Source of the DNA: Trueperaceae bacterium
GTDB taxonomy: Bacteria > Deinococcota > Deinococci > Deinococcales > Trueperaceae
Direction: 5' to 3'
Assembly (NCBI GenBank): GCA_034521815.1
Contig: JAXHLW010000013.1
Location: 1,632,001-1,696,000, forward strand
Length of the DNA: 64,000 bases
Shown here: one piece after another, positions 1-9,673 of the stretch
Numbering within the stretch: the first letter of the stretch is position 1
Layout of the letters: every line of letters starts with the position of its first letter
Translations under genes and position numbers: made by a program
The notes under the pieces: generated by a model
What the model was told of the DNA's origin: nothing
Database searches by the model: none
Seen by the model: the letters and a program-made list of their open reading frames with translations, nothing else

Positions 1-816
1 TGGATCCCTCCCGAGCTGCGCGAGGACCGCGGCGAGATCGAGGCCGCCGAGGAGCGGCGGCTGCCGCGGCTGATCCGTGCGGACGACGTCGTGGCGGACC
101 TGCACACGCACAGCGACTGGAGCGACGGCTCGGCCACCTTGCGCGAGATGCAGGAGGCGGCCGCCGCGAGGGGCCTCGCGGTCCTGGCCGTCACCGACCA
201 CAGCCCGGCGCTGAAGATGACGGGAGGCCTGGACCGGGACAAGCTGCTGCGCCAGTGGGAGGCGCTGGACGAGCTGGACGGCGCCGTGCCGGGACTGACC
301 GTCCTGCGCGGTATGGAGGTCGACATCCTGGCGGACGGAACGCTGGACATGGACGACGACCTGCTGGCGCGGATGGACGTGGTCGTGGTGAGCGTGCACG
401 GCCGCTTCGAGCTGGACGAGGCGCGCCAGACCGAGCGCGTGGTGACCGCGCTGGCGCACCCGTCGGTGAACGTGCTGGGCCATCCCACCGGCAGGCTGCT
501 GGGGCAGCGCGACGGGTTCGCGATCGATCTGGACGCGGTGATCGCTGCCGCCCGCGAGCACGACGTCGCGCTCGAGATCAACGCGCACCCCGCCAGGCTG
601 GACCTGGACGACCGCTGGGCACGCGTGGCGGCGAAGGCGGGCGTGCCGATCGCGATCAATACCGACGCGCACGCTCCCGCCGAGCTGGGGCTCCTCCCTC
701 ACGGCGTGCTGCAGGCCAGGCGGGCGTGGCTGGAGCCGCGGCAGGTGATCAACACCTGGCCGCTGCCGCGCCTGCGCCGGTTCCTGAGCAAGGACCCGGG
801 GTGGCGCGAGGATTGA
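1..816 (+). CDS. polX: DNA polymerase X / PHP-domain protein, C-terminal part (5' end outside window)
   Basis: Frame open from base 1: WIPPELREDRGEIEAA (PolX end motif), then PHP motifs DLHTHSDWSDG, TDHS, GMEVDI, GHPTGR, NTDAH. Confidence 0.9.
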   Translation, partial: WIPPELREDRGEIEAAEERRLPRLIRADDVVADLHTHSDWSDGSATLREMQEAAAARGLAVLAVTDHSPALKMTGGLDRDKLLRQWEALDELDGAVPGLTVLRGMEVDILADGTLDMDDDLLARMDVVVVSVHGRFELDEARQTERVVTALAHPSVNVLGHPTGRLLGQRDGFAIDLDAVIAAAREHDVALEINAHPARLDLDDRWARVAAKAGVPIAINTDAHAPAELGLLPHGVLQARRAWLEPRQVINTWPLPRLRRFLSKDPGWRED

Positions 817-939
817 CGGCCGCGCGGATCGACGGCCGCGCGGATCGACGTTCGCACGTGGCTGACGGCCCCGCCGTCGATCGCCGTGTGCCACGGCGGG
901 CCGCGGTATCGTCTGGACCGACACGGAGGAGGCATCGCC

Positions 940-1299
940 TTGAGACCGATCGATCCGACCGACATCCAGACGGAGCTCGCACGCAAGGCAGGACGCGACG
1001 TGTACCTGCACCTCGAGACGACCACGGGAAGCTACACCTCGTTGGAGCCGGAGCCCACGCCGCCCTGCATCGCGTTCGTCCGCAACGCGCGCATCCGCTA
1101 CGAGCGCGGCGCGGTGAAGGGGCCGGGCCCGTACCGGGTCGGCCTCAAGATGGACGACGGCTGGGTGTACGGCGACGGCCTGACCCACGCGGAGGTCGAC
1201 GACGAGGGCCGCCTGCTGATGGCGGGCTACGACGATCAGGGCCGGGTGCGGCTGGCGTTCGAGATCAGCGAGACGCCGTTCCGGGAAGGCGTGTCGTGA
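940..1299 (+). CDS. yojF: YojF family (DUF1806) protein
   Basis: VYLHLETTTGSY...RNARIRY...GPYRVGLK...GWVY..GLT resembles Bacillus YojF; GGAGG RBS before TTG at 940; directly upstream of bshB2. Confidence 0.85.
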   Translation: MRPIDPTDIQTELARKAGRDVYLHLETTTGSYTSLEPEPTPPCIAFVRNARIRYERGAVKGPGPYRVGLKMDDGWVYGDGLTHAEVDDEGRLLMAGYDDQGRVRLAFEISETPFREGVS

Positions 1300-2036
1300 G
1301 CGCCGCCGATCCGGCACCGACCGCGGCCGCGACCAGCGACGAGTTCACCGTGCACGGACCGGTCGCCCAGCGGCACTTGCTGGTCGTGCTCCCCCATCCC
1401 GACGACGAGAGCTTCTCCTCGGGCGGGACGATGGCCATGCACGCCGACGCCGACGTGCCGGTCACGTACCTGTGCGGCACCTACGGCGACATGGGGCGAA
1501 ACATGGGGGTGCCGTTCTTCGCGAACCGAGAGACGCTCCGCGACGTCCGGGAGCAGGAGCTGCGCGAGGCGTGTCGCATCCTGGGCGCGGACGTTCGTTT
1601 GATGGGCTTGCGCGACAAGACGGTCGAGTTCGAGGACCCTGACGAGCTGGCTGCCCGCATCGCCACGGTGATCGCGGAGCTGGGCGCCGACCTGGTGATC
1701 TCGTTCTACCCGGGGCACGGCGTCCATCCCGATCACGACGCGATGGGCGAAGCGACGCTGCGCGCCGTGAAGCGCCTCGCCGAGGACGAGCGGCCCACGT
1801 TCTGGGCGGTCGCGGTCGGCGAGCGCGACGGGCTCGAACAGGTGCTCGGACCGCCCGACGTACGCGTCGACATTCGGGCGTGGGCCGACCGCAAGCGGTC
1901 GGCCCTCGAGGCGCACACCACGCAGACGAAGACGATGTTCGCGCGGATGGAGACGCAAGCGGCCGGCGACGAGCACCTGCGCGAGCGTCTCGAGGAGGGT
2001 CGCCGGGTGGAACGGTTCTACGACCTGACCCCATAG
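1296..2036 (+). CDS. bshB2: Bacillithiol biosynthesis deacetylase BshB2 (PIG-L family)
   Basis: PHPDDESF, GDMGRNMG..FANRE, LRDKTVEFE, HPDHDA; GTGA overlap with yojF stop. Confidence 0.85.
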   Translation: MSAADPAPTAAATSDEFTVHGPVAQRHLLVVLPHPDDESFSSGGTMAMHADADVPVTYLCGTYGDMGRNMGVPFFANRETLRDVREQELREACRILGADVRLMGLRDKTVEFEDPDELAARIATVIAELGADLVISFYPGHGVHPDHDAMGEATLRAVKRLAEDERPTFWAVAVGERDGLEQVLGPPDVRVDIRAWADRKRSALEAHTTQTKTMFARMETQAAGDEHLRERLEEGRRVERFYDLTP

Positions 2037-2190
2037 CGTTCCGCTCACTGGAATTCGGGGCGTACCTCGTTCGGCATGGGTCCACGATCGTTTCTTCGAA
2101 GTGTGGCGGCCTTCGGTGCACGTCGCCAGGCCATGGCGTACAGTGCTGCAACGATCCGCAGCCAGGGATCGTGTTTCCGGAGGTAGAAGC

Positions 2191-2577
2191 ATGAACCACG
2201 TCGAAGCCAAGGTGATGGTCCCGGAGGACCGCCTGGCAGAGTTCTACGCGCTGATGGGACGCTGGCTCGCGGGCGAAGCCACGCTCCCGTCGGTAAGGCG
2301 CGGGTCGCGCAGGTCCAGGCGCGCCAGCGGCCCGTCCGCCAGCAGCTACGCCGCGATCGGCACGCACCTCGCCGACACGTCCGGTCGCGAGGCCACGTTG
2401 TCGTTCGATCAGATCGAGTCGATCATCGGCCGTCAGCTGCCGGCCTCCGCGCACCGGCATCGCGCCTGGTGGGCGAACACCGACACGCACTCCCAGGCGC
2501 TGACCTGGCTGTCGGCAGGCTGGAAGGTCGAGGCCGCCGACCTGGACGCCAAGGAAGTGACGTTCGTCCGCGACTGA
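2191..2577 (+). CDS. Small hypothetical protein with DUF7662-like C-terminal domain
   Basis: GGAGG RBS; LSFDQIESIIGRQLPASA...WWAN...WLSAGWKV pattern. Confidence 0.6.
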   Translation: MNHVEAKVMVPEDRLAEFYALMGRWLAGEATLPSVRRGSRRSRRASGPSASSYAAIGTHLADTSGREATLSFDQIESIIGRQLPASAHRHRAWWANTDTHSQALTWLSAGWKVEAADLDAKEVTFVRD

Positions 2578-2687
2578 CGCACGCACGACCGCACGACCGT
2601 CCGGACCGTGAGCCGCGTCACGCCCGACGTCCGGGCATCGAGGTCGAGCGAGGGGGCGCCCGCGGGCGCCCCTGTCCTCTCGGCCCG

Positions 2688-3902
2688 TCAATCGAGCCTC
2701 ATCCGGTCCAGCTCCGCCTGTCGCTGGGCCTCGCGCTTGCGAGCCGCGGGCGACCTGAGCCAGCGGCCGAGCCGCTCGCTGAGCAGGTCGTAGCGGCCGA
2801 AGACGACGCTGCCCAGCAGGATCGACACGATCACGTACGACGACACCGTGGAGCGGAGCGCCTCCTGGATCTCCGGATCGATCTGCGGCGCGACCGCGGC
2901 CAGACCGATGATCACCAGGCTGAACTCGCCACGCGGCAACAGCATCAGGCCGTGCCCCACGCTCCCTCGCAACGACAGGCCGCTGAAGCGCCCCGCCACG
3001 AACCCGGTCGCGAGCTGCGTCACGCTGGTCACGACGAGCAGCAGCAGCGCCAGCGGCAGGTACCGTCCGGCCCCCACGAGCTCGACGTGCAGACCGACGT
3101 CGAAGAAGAAGGCGGCGGCGGCGACCTGGTGCCACGAGCCCAGGCTCTCCTCCACGCGCTCGCGATACCGAGATTCCGACACGACCATCCCCAGCAGGAA
3201 CGCCGCGACCGCTTCTGGGAAGCCGAGCTCCGCGGCGCCCAGGGAGAACAGCAGGACCAGCGCCAGCAACAGCAGCACCAGCGCCTCTCCCTCGCGGCTC
3301 AGGAGCCGTTCCAGGCCCTCCCGCCCGAAGCGCAGGAACAGGCCGTACGCGGCCAGGAACGCCAGCACGCCCGCGAACTGCCACGGACTTCCGCCCGCCG
3401 TCGCGAGGCCCAGCCCGCCCAACACCACGACCATCGCCAGGTCCTCGTACACCAGCACGCCCAGGGTGCGCTCGGCTTCGGGGTAGGCGACCAGGTCCCG
3501 TTCGGAAAGCAGCTTGGCGATGACGCCACTGCTGCTGATGTACGTCGCAGCTCCCAGGAAGGCCGCCCCCCAGAGCCCGAAGCCCAGCGCCAAGCCCAGC
3601 GCCGCTCCCACCAGCAGGTTCACCAGGTCGATCGATCCGGCGATCATCGTGCGGCGCCCGCCCTCGGCGAAACGGGCCAGCGAGAACTCGAGGCCCATGA
3701 AGAACAGCAGCAGCAGCAGGCCCAGCTCGCCGAACAGGTCGGTGATCTCGCTGGGCTCGAACACCGGAACGAGGCCGCCCGGTCCGAGCAGCAGGCCGAC
3801 GACGATGAACCCGACGACGGTCGAGACGCCGATCTTCTTCGACCCCCAGGCCGCGAGGTAGAGGGCCAGCGCGATCAGGCCGAGCTCGAGCGTCGGGGTC
3901 AC
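2688..3902 (-). CDS. khtU: CPA2 cation:proton antiporter (KhtU-like)
   Basis: Polytopic membrane protein, LLLFFMGLEFS, YISSSGVIAKLL, LVYEDL, PRGEFS; GTG overlaps khtT stop. Confidence 0.8.
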   Translation of the reverse strand: MTPTLELGLIALALYLAAWGSKKIGVSTVVGFIVVGLLLGPGGLVPVFEPSEITDLFGELGLLLLLFFMGLEFSLARFAEGGRRTMIAGSIDLVNLLVGAALGLALGFGLWGAAFLGAATYISSSGVIAKLLSERDLVAYPEAERTLGVLVYEDLAMVVVLGGLGLATAGGSPWQFAGVLAFLAAYGLFLRFGREGLERLLSREGEALVLLLLALVLLFSLGAAELGFPEAVAAFLLGMVVSESRYRERVEESLGSWHQVAAAAFFFDVGLHVELVGAGRYLPLALLLLVVTSVTQLATGFVAGRFSGLSLRGSVGHGLMLLPRGEFSLVIIGLAAVAPQIDPEIQEALRSTVSSYVIVSILLGSVVFGRYDLLSERLGRWLRSPAARKREAQRQAELDRMRLD

Positions 3903-4423
3903 GAGTCGGCCTTCTTGTCGCCCTCCTCGATCAGGCGGCGCGCGGCGTCGGTCTGATCGTCGTCGCCGATGAGCAGCAGCGTGTCGCCCGCCTCGAACAC
4001 CGTGTCGATCGGCGGGTTCGGAATCGCGTCGTCGCCGCGGATGACGGCCACGACGCTGGCGCCCGTGGTCTGGCGCAGGCGCGACTCGGCCAGCGTGTGA
4101 CCCACCATGGCGGAGTCCTGGTCCAAGCCGACCCACTCGATCTCGAGCGCGCCCATGACCAGCTCGAGCTTGTCGAGCTCGGGCGCGCCGACCATCGCGG
4201 CGCCCAGCAGGTTGGCGACTTGCTGAGCCTCGTCGCGCTCGAGCTTGACGACGTCGGACGGCCGGTCCTCGTCGGGCTGAAAGTGGAACAGCTGACGCTC
4301 ACCGTCGGGGCGAACGATGATGGCGACGTTGCCGCCGTTGCGAAGCGGCATCACGTACTTCTTGCCGATGCCCGGAAGCGTCGCTTCGCGGACCTCGATG
4401 GGCTTGGACTCGGAATCGCTCAT
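3899..4423 (-). CDS. khtT: Antiporter regulatory subunit with TrkA-C/RCK_C domain (KhtT-like)
   Basis: REATLPGIGKKY, LRQTTGASVVAVIRG..IPNP..FEAGDTLL; TATCAT -10 six nt before ATG. Confidence 0.8.
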   Translation of the reverse strand: MSDSESKPIEVREATLPGIGKKYVMPLRNGGNVAIIVRPDGERQLFHFQPDEDRPSDVVKLERDEAQQVANLLGAAMVGAPELDKLELVMGALEIEWVGLDQDSAMVGHTLAESRLRQTTGASVVAVIRGDDAIPNPPIDTVFEAGDTLLLIGDDDQTDAARRLIEEGDKKADS

Positions 4424-4501
4424 GCCGGCATGATACGCACGGCCCGGTCGCGACCCGGTAGGGCGCTGCCATGAGCTCCGCCCAGGTCGACGTTTCGTCC
4501 C

Positions 4502-6184
4502 TCAGCCGCGACCGTGGCTGACGGACGCAGCCGTGGACGCGGCGGACGGCACCGGCGCGGGGTCGCGGCTGCCACGACCTGCGCCGCTCTCGGCCTCGCC
4601 GCCCGCCGGCTCGTCGTTTACCGTCGACGCTCGCGCCACGCCGTCGTCCAGCTCCGCCTCGGGCAGACGCGCCACGACCACCAACGCGACGACCGTGACC
4701 ACCAGCGCGACGACGAACACTTCGGAGACGGCGCCTCCGAGCAGACTCCTCAGCGAAGCGAGGAACGCCGCGAACCGGTCGGCGCCCAGCAGGGGCACGA
4801 CGGTGCGGCGGACGGCGTCGACCCGGTCCGGATCGGTCAACAGGTTCGGGTCGCTCAACGACGCGAGGACCGACGCCGGCACCTTGGCGGCGTCGTCCGC
4901 GAGCAGCCCCGGCAGGCCCGCCCGGACCCGTCCAGCCACGATGGCGCCGAAGATCGTGACGCCCAGCGTGCCGCCGATCTGGCGGAAGAACTGGTTCGCG
5001 GAGGTCGCGGCGCCCAGCAGGTGGATCGGCAGCGCGTTCTGGACCGCCAGGGTCAGGAGCGAGTTCGTCGGGCCGATGCCGGTCCCCAGCACCACCATCC
5101 ATGCCACCACCGTGACCATCGGCGTGTCCGGGCCGAAGGTCGCCGTCGCCGCGAAGCCGACGGCCATCAGGGCCACGCCGATGGCGATCCAGCGTCGGTA
5201 GCGGCCGGTGCGGCTAGCCAGCCAGCCGCTGAGCGTGGAACCCAGCACGACGCCGATCATCATCGGCGCGAGCACGAACCCGGACGCGGCGGCGCTGCCT
5301 CCTTGGACGCCCTGGATATAGAGCGGGAGGTAGATCACCGCGCCGAACAGGCCGATGCCGGTGAGGAACGCGGCGATGTTGGCCACGCGGTAGGTCCGGT
5401 CGCGGAACAGGGCCGGATCGAGGGTGGGGTGCGAGCTGCGCAGCTGCACGACCACGAACCCCGCCAGGCCGACCGCCGCCAGCGCGAACGCCGACACGAC
5501 GCGAACGTCGGTCCACGGGTACGTCGTCCCGGCCCAGGTGAGGGCCACCAACAGCGGCACGGTGCCTGTGATCAGCAGGACCGTGCCGGGCAGATCGATC
5601 CCGGATCCGGGCCGGCGTACCGACCGCGGCAGGTAGCGACGGACGATCTCGAACGCGATGACCGCCACCGGCACGTTCACGAAGAACACCCAGCGCCAGC
5701 CGAGCGTGTCGGTCAGAAGGCCACCGACCAGCGGTCCGATGACGCTGGATACGCCGAACACCGCGCCGGTGAGCCCCTGGTAACGACCTCGCTCGCGCGG
5801 AGCGAAGATGTCGCCGATCGCGGCCCAGCTCATGCTGATCAGGGCGCCTCCGCCGATCCCCTGGAGCGCGCGGAACGCGACGAGCTGTCCCATCGACTGC
5901 GACGCGCCCGCCAGCAGCGAGGCGACGGTGAACGCCACGATGCCGGCCAGCAGGACGGGTCGCCGGCCGACCACATCGCTGATCCGCCCGTAGATCGGAA
6001 GCGTGACGGTGGACGCCAGCGAGAACGACGTGAACGCCCAGGCGTAGAGGTCGAACCCCTCGAGCTCGGCGATGATCCGGGGCAGCGCGGTGCCGACGAC
6101 GGTCATGTTCAGCGACGACAGGAACAGCACGGCCAGCACGCCGCCCAAGGCGGCCATCTTCTCGCGCTGCGTCGCGTCAGCCAT
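4502..6184 (-). CDS. MFS multidrug efflux transporter, DHA2 (14-TMS) family
   Basis: TVVGTALPRI, YGRISDVVGRR, FRALQGIGGG, GPLVGGLLTD..GWRWVFFVNVP. Confidence 0.9.
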   Translation of the reverse strand: MADATQREKMAALGGVLAVLFLSSLNMTVVGTALPRIIAELEGFDLYAWAFTSFSLASTVTLPIYGRISDVVGRRPVLLAGIVAFTVASLLAGASQSMGQLVAFRALQGIGGGALISMSWAAIGDIFAPRERGRYQGLTGAVFGVSSVIGPLVGGLLTDTLGWRWVFFVNVPVAVIAFEIVRRYLPRSVRRPGSGIDLPGTVLLITGTVPLLVALTWAGTTYPWTDVRVVSAFALAAVGLAGFVVVQLRSSHPTLDPALFRDRTYRVANIAAFLTGIGLFGAVIYLPLYIQGVQGGSAAASGFVLAPMMIGVVLGSTLSGWLASRTGRYRRWIAIGVALMAVGFAATATFGPDTPMVTVVAWMVVLGTGIGPTNSLLTLAVQNALPIHLLGAATSANQFFRQIGGTLGVTIFGAIVAGRVRAGLPGLLADDAAKVPASVLASLSDPNLLTDPDRVDAVRRTVVPLLGADRFAAFLASLRSLLGGAVSEVFVVALVVTVVALVVVARLPEAELDDGVARASTVNDEPAGGEAESGAGRGSRDPAPVPSAASTAASVSHGRG

Positions 6185-6668
6185 CGGCGTCGCTCTCGGC
6201 ATCGTCGGCTGGCTCCATCGTGAATGTGGGGCTCACGCGCGTCTCCGCCAGTCCGGCGAGGCCGGTCGCCAGGTCCGCCGCCCGCTCCGTCGGGAGGTCG
6301 GGCCACGCGTCCGCCAGCGCCTGCGCCAGCACGGCGCGAGCCTCGCCGGTCGCCGCGCGGCCCGCCTCGGTCAGCGTGAGCACGACGTGGCGTCGGTCGT
6401 GCTCGCTGTCGTGCCGTCCGACCCAGCCGCGGTCGACCAGCCGTTGCACGGCGCGGGTCACGCTCGGAGGGGGCAGGTTGAGCGTCTCCGCCACCCGGCC
6501 GGGGCGCAGGTCGCCCCGATCGAGGGCGGCGAGGACGAACATCTCGCGCAGCGACAGCGCGTGGCTGTCGCGCAACGCCTCGTCCATCACCCCCTCGACG
6601 GTCCGGTCCAGGCGGACCAGGCTGCGCGCCAGTTCGAGGAACGCGGCCTGCCGCGCAGTCATTTCCAT
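6177..6668 (-). CDS. MarR family transcriptional regulator
   Basis: PPSVTRAVQRLVDRGWV..DRRHVVLTLTEAG winged helix; upstream of MFS. Confidence 0.9.
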   Translation of the reverse strand: MEMTARQAAFLELARSLVRLDRTVEGVMDEALRDSHALSLREMFVLAALDRGDLRPGRVAETLNLPPPSVTRAVQRLVDRGWVGRHDSEHDRRHVVLTLTEAGRAATGEARAVLAQALADAWPDLPTERAADLATGLAGLAETRVSPTFTMEPADDAESDADG

Positions 6669-6794
6669 TCGGAAAGATTTACCATGGAACGACCCGAGGC
6701 CGCGTCCGTTCGACCCGCCGAGTCGACGAGTCGACGGCGAGCGACGCGAGTCGCGAGCCCGCTCAGCGTCGCGCGCGACCGCTCCGGATCCAGC

Positions 6795-7442
6795 TCAGTC
6801 CAGCAGGTCGTGCTCGATCGCCCAGCGCACCAGCTCGGCCCGCGTGCGCACCCCCAGCTTCTCGCTGGCGCGCTCGCGGTACGTCGCGACCGTCTTCTCG
6901 CTGATCCCCAGCATCTCCGCGATCTCGCGATAGGTCGAGCCGTGCGCGATCTGCTTGACGACCTCGTGCTCCCGACCCGTCAGGCGGGCGTGCTTGTACG
7001 GATCGCCGCTCGCCATCTCGCGAGCCAGCTCGGCCAGCAGCCGTGCAGGGGCGTAGTACTCGCCGCGCGACACCGCCAGGATCGCGTCGACCAGCTGCGT
7101 CTCGACGCTGGTCTTGGGGACGTAGCCGGTGCCGCCGGCCTCCAGGAAGCCCTGAACGTACTCGGGATCCTCGTGCATCGAAAGCGCCACGTAGCGAGCG
7201 GAGGGCAGCACCGCCTTGAGCGCCCGGGCGGTCTCGATCCCGTTCATGCCGGGGAGCGACAGGTCCAACAGGACCACGTCGGGGTTCACCTCCGGCGCCA
7301 GCCGCAAGGCGTCCTCGCCGCTTTCCGCCTCCCCCACCACCTCGAACCCCTCTTGCGATTCGAGCAGCATGCACACGCCGGCGCGGACGATGGCGTGATC
7401 GTCGACGACGAACAGCCGGACACGATTCTTCATGTCGGCCAT
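6795..7442 (-). CDS. NarL/FixJ family response regulator (REC + LuxR HTH)
   Basis: VVDDHAIVRAG, DVVLLDLSLPGMNG, LTGREHEV..EIAEMLGISEKTV. Confidence 0.92.
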   Translation of the reverse strand: MADMKNRVRLFVVDDHAIVRAGVCMLLESQEGFEVVGEAESGEDALRLAPEVNPDVVLLDLSLPGMNGIETARALKAVLPSARYVALSMHEDPEYVQGFLEAGGTGYVPKTSVETQLVDAILAVSRGEYYAPARLLAELAREMASGDPYKHARLTGREHEVVKQIAHGSTYREIAEMLGISEKTVATYRERASEKLGVRTRAELVRWAIEHDLLD

Positions 7443-7443
7443 C

Positions 7444-8595
7444 CTATCCGGCTCGACGCGGCAAGCGGGCGTGGACCGTCGTTCCGCGGCCCGGAGTCGT
7501 CTCGATGCTCAGCGATCCTCCGAGCAGCTGAAGACGCTCGCGCATGCCCACGATCCCCACCTCGTCCGCCGGCGAGAGCGCCGACGGGTCGAAGCCCGTG
7601 CCGTCGTCCTCGACGACCAGCTGGATCTGCCGCTCGCCTGCCGTGGCGACCACCGACACGCTGGACGCCTGCGCGTGGCGAGCCACGTTGGTCAGCGCCT
7701 CCTGGCAGACCCGGTACAGCACCGTCTCCTCCACGCTCGAGAGCCTGGGGAGGTGCACGGCCACCTGCGTCTCGAGTCCGTAACGCTCGTGGAGCTCGCG
7801 CGCGAAACGGCGCACGGCCGCCTCGAGGCCGAGAGCGTCCAGCACCGAGGGCCTGAGGTCCAGCGCGATGCGCCGCACGTCGCCCAGCGTGGCGGAGGTG
7901 AGCTCCTTGAGCCTCGTCAGCTCGACGGGGTCGGGCTTTTCGGTCGCAGCGTCGAGCCCCAGCAGCAGACCGGTCAGCGCCTGGCCGATCTGGTCGTGAA
8001 GATCGCGCGAGATCCGAACGCGCTCCTCCTCCTGGGCCGTGAGCAGCGCGCCGATCAGGCGCGCCCGCTGGCGCTCCTTCTCCGTCAGCCGGGCCTGCAA
8101 GGCCGCGCGCCTGAGGCCCGAGGCGACCAAGGTCGCCACCGTCCGAAGGAACGCCGTCGCGTCGTCGCGACCTCCCTCGCCCACCCCCTCGCCCATCCCC
8201 TCGCCCACGATCAGCGACAGCGCGGCCCGTCGCTCGACCGGCACCGTCCAGCGCGCGCCCTGGGCGACGGGGTCGCCGCTCGCGATCGCCCGCCGAATCC
8301 CATCGTCCAGCCCCGGCCGCCCGGTCGCGTCGCCCATGACCTCGGACGTGACGTCCGGATCGGGCGGATCGTCGCTCCCCGGCACGCGGACCGTGGCGAC
8401 CGGCTCGGGCGCGCCTTTCACGATCCGGAACGCGGTGCCGCCCGAAAAGCCGCCCATGTCGATCAGACACGCCAGTGCGCGCTCGAGGACCTGACGCTCG
8501 CCCGGGCTGCGCGCGATCTCGCCTCCCAGCCGGTGCAGCGTCGCCAGCTCGCGGGTCCGCCGATCCGCCGGCTCGACCGGAGCGTCGGCCGTCAC
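7444..8595 (-). CDS. Soluble sensor histidine kinase (GAF-like N-term, HisKA_3, HATPase)
   Basis: EEERVRISRDLHDQIGQ, QEALTNVARHA, VEDDGTGF, GIVGMRER; no obvious TM segment. Confidence 0.9.
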   Translation of the reverse strand: MTADAPVEPADRRTRELATLHRLGGEIARSPGERQVLERALACLIDMGGFSGGTAFRIVKGAPEPVATVRVPGSDDPPDPDVTSEVMGDATGRPGLDDGIRRAIASGDPVAQGARWTVPVERRAALSLIVGEGMGEGVGEGGRDDATAFLRTVATLVASGLRRAALQARLTEKERQRARLIGALLTAQEEERVRISRDLHDQIGQALTGLLLGLDAATEKPDPVELTRLKELTSATLGDVRRIALDLRPSVLDALGLEAAVRRFARELHERYGLETQVAVHLPRLSSVEETVLYRVCQEALTNVARHAQASSVSVVATAGERQIQLVVEDDGTGFDPSALSPADEVGIVGMRERLQLLGGSLSIETTPGRGTTVHARLPRRAG

Positions 8596-8665
8596 CCGTT
8601 CGTCACCCTGTTCATCACGCCCTCGTCACGCCCTCGTCACGCCGTCGTCACGGTCTCATCACCCC
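8590..8665. repeat. ~7 copies of an 11-bp unit C(G/A)TCACnnnnT between USP stop and kinase start
   Basis: cgtcacccgtt|cgtcaccctgtt|catcacgccct|cgtcacgccct|cgtcacgccgt|cgtcacggtct|catcacccc. Confidence 0.9.
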
Positions 8666-9213
8666 GCGGACGATGGGCCGGCGTGCCCGGCGTCCTCCGC
8701 CGCGTCCGCGTCGGTGCCGCGAACGTCCTCGGGTCGCACCATCAGGACGGGCACCGCCAAGCGACGCAGGGCGCGTTCGGCGACGCTGCCCAGCAGCGCT
8801 CGCGAAAGGCCGGTTCGTCCGTGCGTGGCCATGGCGACCAGATCGGGCCGGTGCTCCACGCACCAGGCGACGATCTCCTCGGCGGGATCGCCGAACGCCG
8901 TCGCCAGGTCGACGGTCCAGCCGTCGCGCTCCAGCCGCCGCGAGGGCGGTCCCAGCTCGTCGCGCAGACGCTGGCGGGCGCTCTCCCACTCCTGGCTGTC
9001 CCAGACGTGCGCGGCCTCCTCGGGCTCGGGAAGGATCATCTCGGAGGTGACCGTCCGGCGTGCGGGCGGCGCACCGACATGCGGTGGCGCGTCGCCCACG
9101 CGAAAGAGCGTGATCCGCGCCCGCTCGGGAACGAACAGCGAACGCACGGCGGTCAGGATGGAACGGCTGAACGCCGAGCCGTCCAGCGGCACGAGAACCC
9201 GGATCTCAGCCAC
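8659..9213 (-). CDS. Universal stress protein
   Basis: RVLVPLDGS, GDPAEEIV, DLVAMATHGRTGLSRALLGSVAE. Confidence 0.9.
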   Translation of the reverse strand: MAEIRVLVPLDGSAFSRSILTAVRSLFVPERARITLFRVGDAPPHVGAPPARRTVTSEMILPEPEEAAHVWDSQEWESARQRLRDELGPPSRRLERDGWTVDLATAFGDPAEEIVAWCVEHRPDLVAMATHGRTGLSRALLGSVAERALRRLAVPVLMVRPEDVRGTDADAAEDAGHAGPSSAG

Positions 9214-9673
9214 GCTCCTCGCGCTCCAGCTCCTCGTCGCTCGCGCGGATGACCATGAACGGCTTCTTGGAGCGCCGAAGAGCGCCCTCGGCGACCGATC
9301 CGAACATCCAGCGGTCCATTCCGCGACGCCCGTGCGTGCCCATGATCACCAGGTCGTGGTCCGCTTCCGCCTCGTGGATCGCGTCCGGCGGCCGGCGGTT
9401 CTCGATCAGCCGGGCCTCGGCCTCGACGCCCTGCTGCTCGGCCAACGCCAGCGCCTCGTCGAGGATCTCCTGCCCCGCCTTCTTCAGATCCTGGTAGAGC
9501 TGCGCCGAGTACGGCAACGCCTCGGGCGCCGCGTAGCCCGCCACGAGCGGGTTCTCCAGCACGTGCAGAAAGGTGACGGAGGACCCGAGCAGGCGCGCGA
9601 GCTCCAGCCCCTTGCGGGTCGCCTTGCGCGCGCACCCGCTTCCGTCCGTCGGCATCAGGATACGGTCGTACAC
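9206..9673 (-). CDS. Universal stress protein
   Basis: YDRILMPTDGS, DLVIMGTHGRRGMDRWMFGSVAE; GTG start with purine-rich RBS. Confidence 0.92.
   Translation of the reverse strand: MYDRILMPTDGSGCARKATRKGLELARLLGSSVTFLHVLENPLVAGYAAPEALPYSAQLYQDLKKAGQEILDEALALAEQQGVEAEARLIENRRPPDAIHEAEADHDLVIMGTHGRRGMDRWMFGSVAEGALRRSKKPFMVIRASDEELEREERG

Noticed and set aside
255-2036. 593-aa ORF, and similarly extended ORFs 57942-60593 and 13068-14813
   Set aside because: The N-terminal parts are Arg/Gly-rich off-frame read-through overlapping real genes; true starts are downstream.
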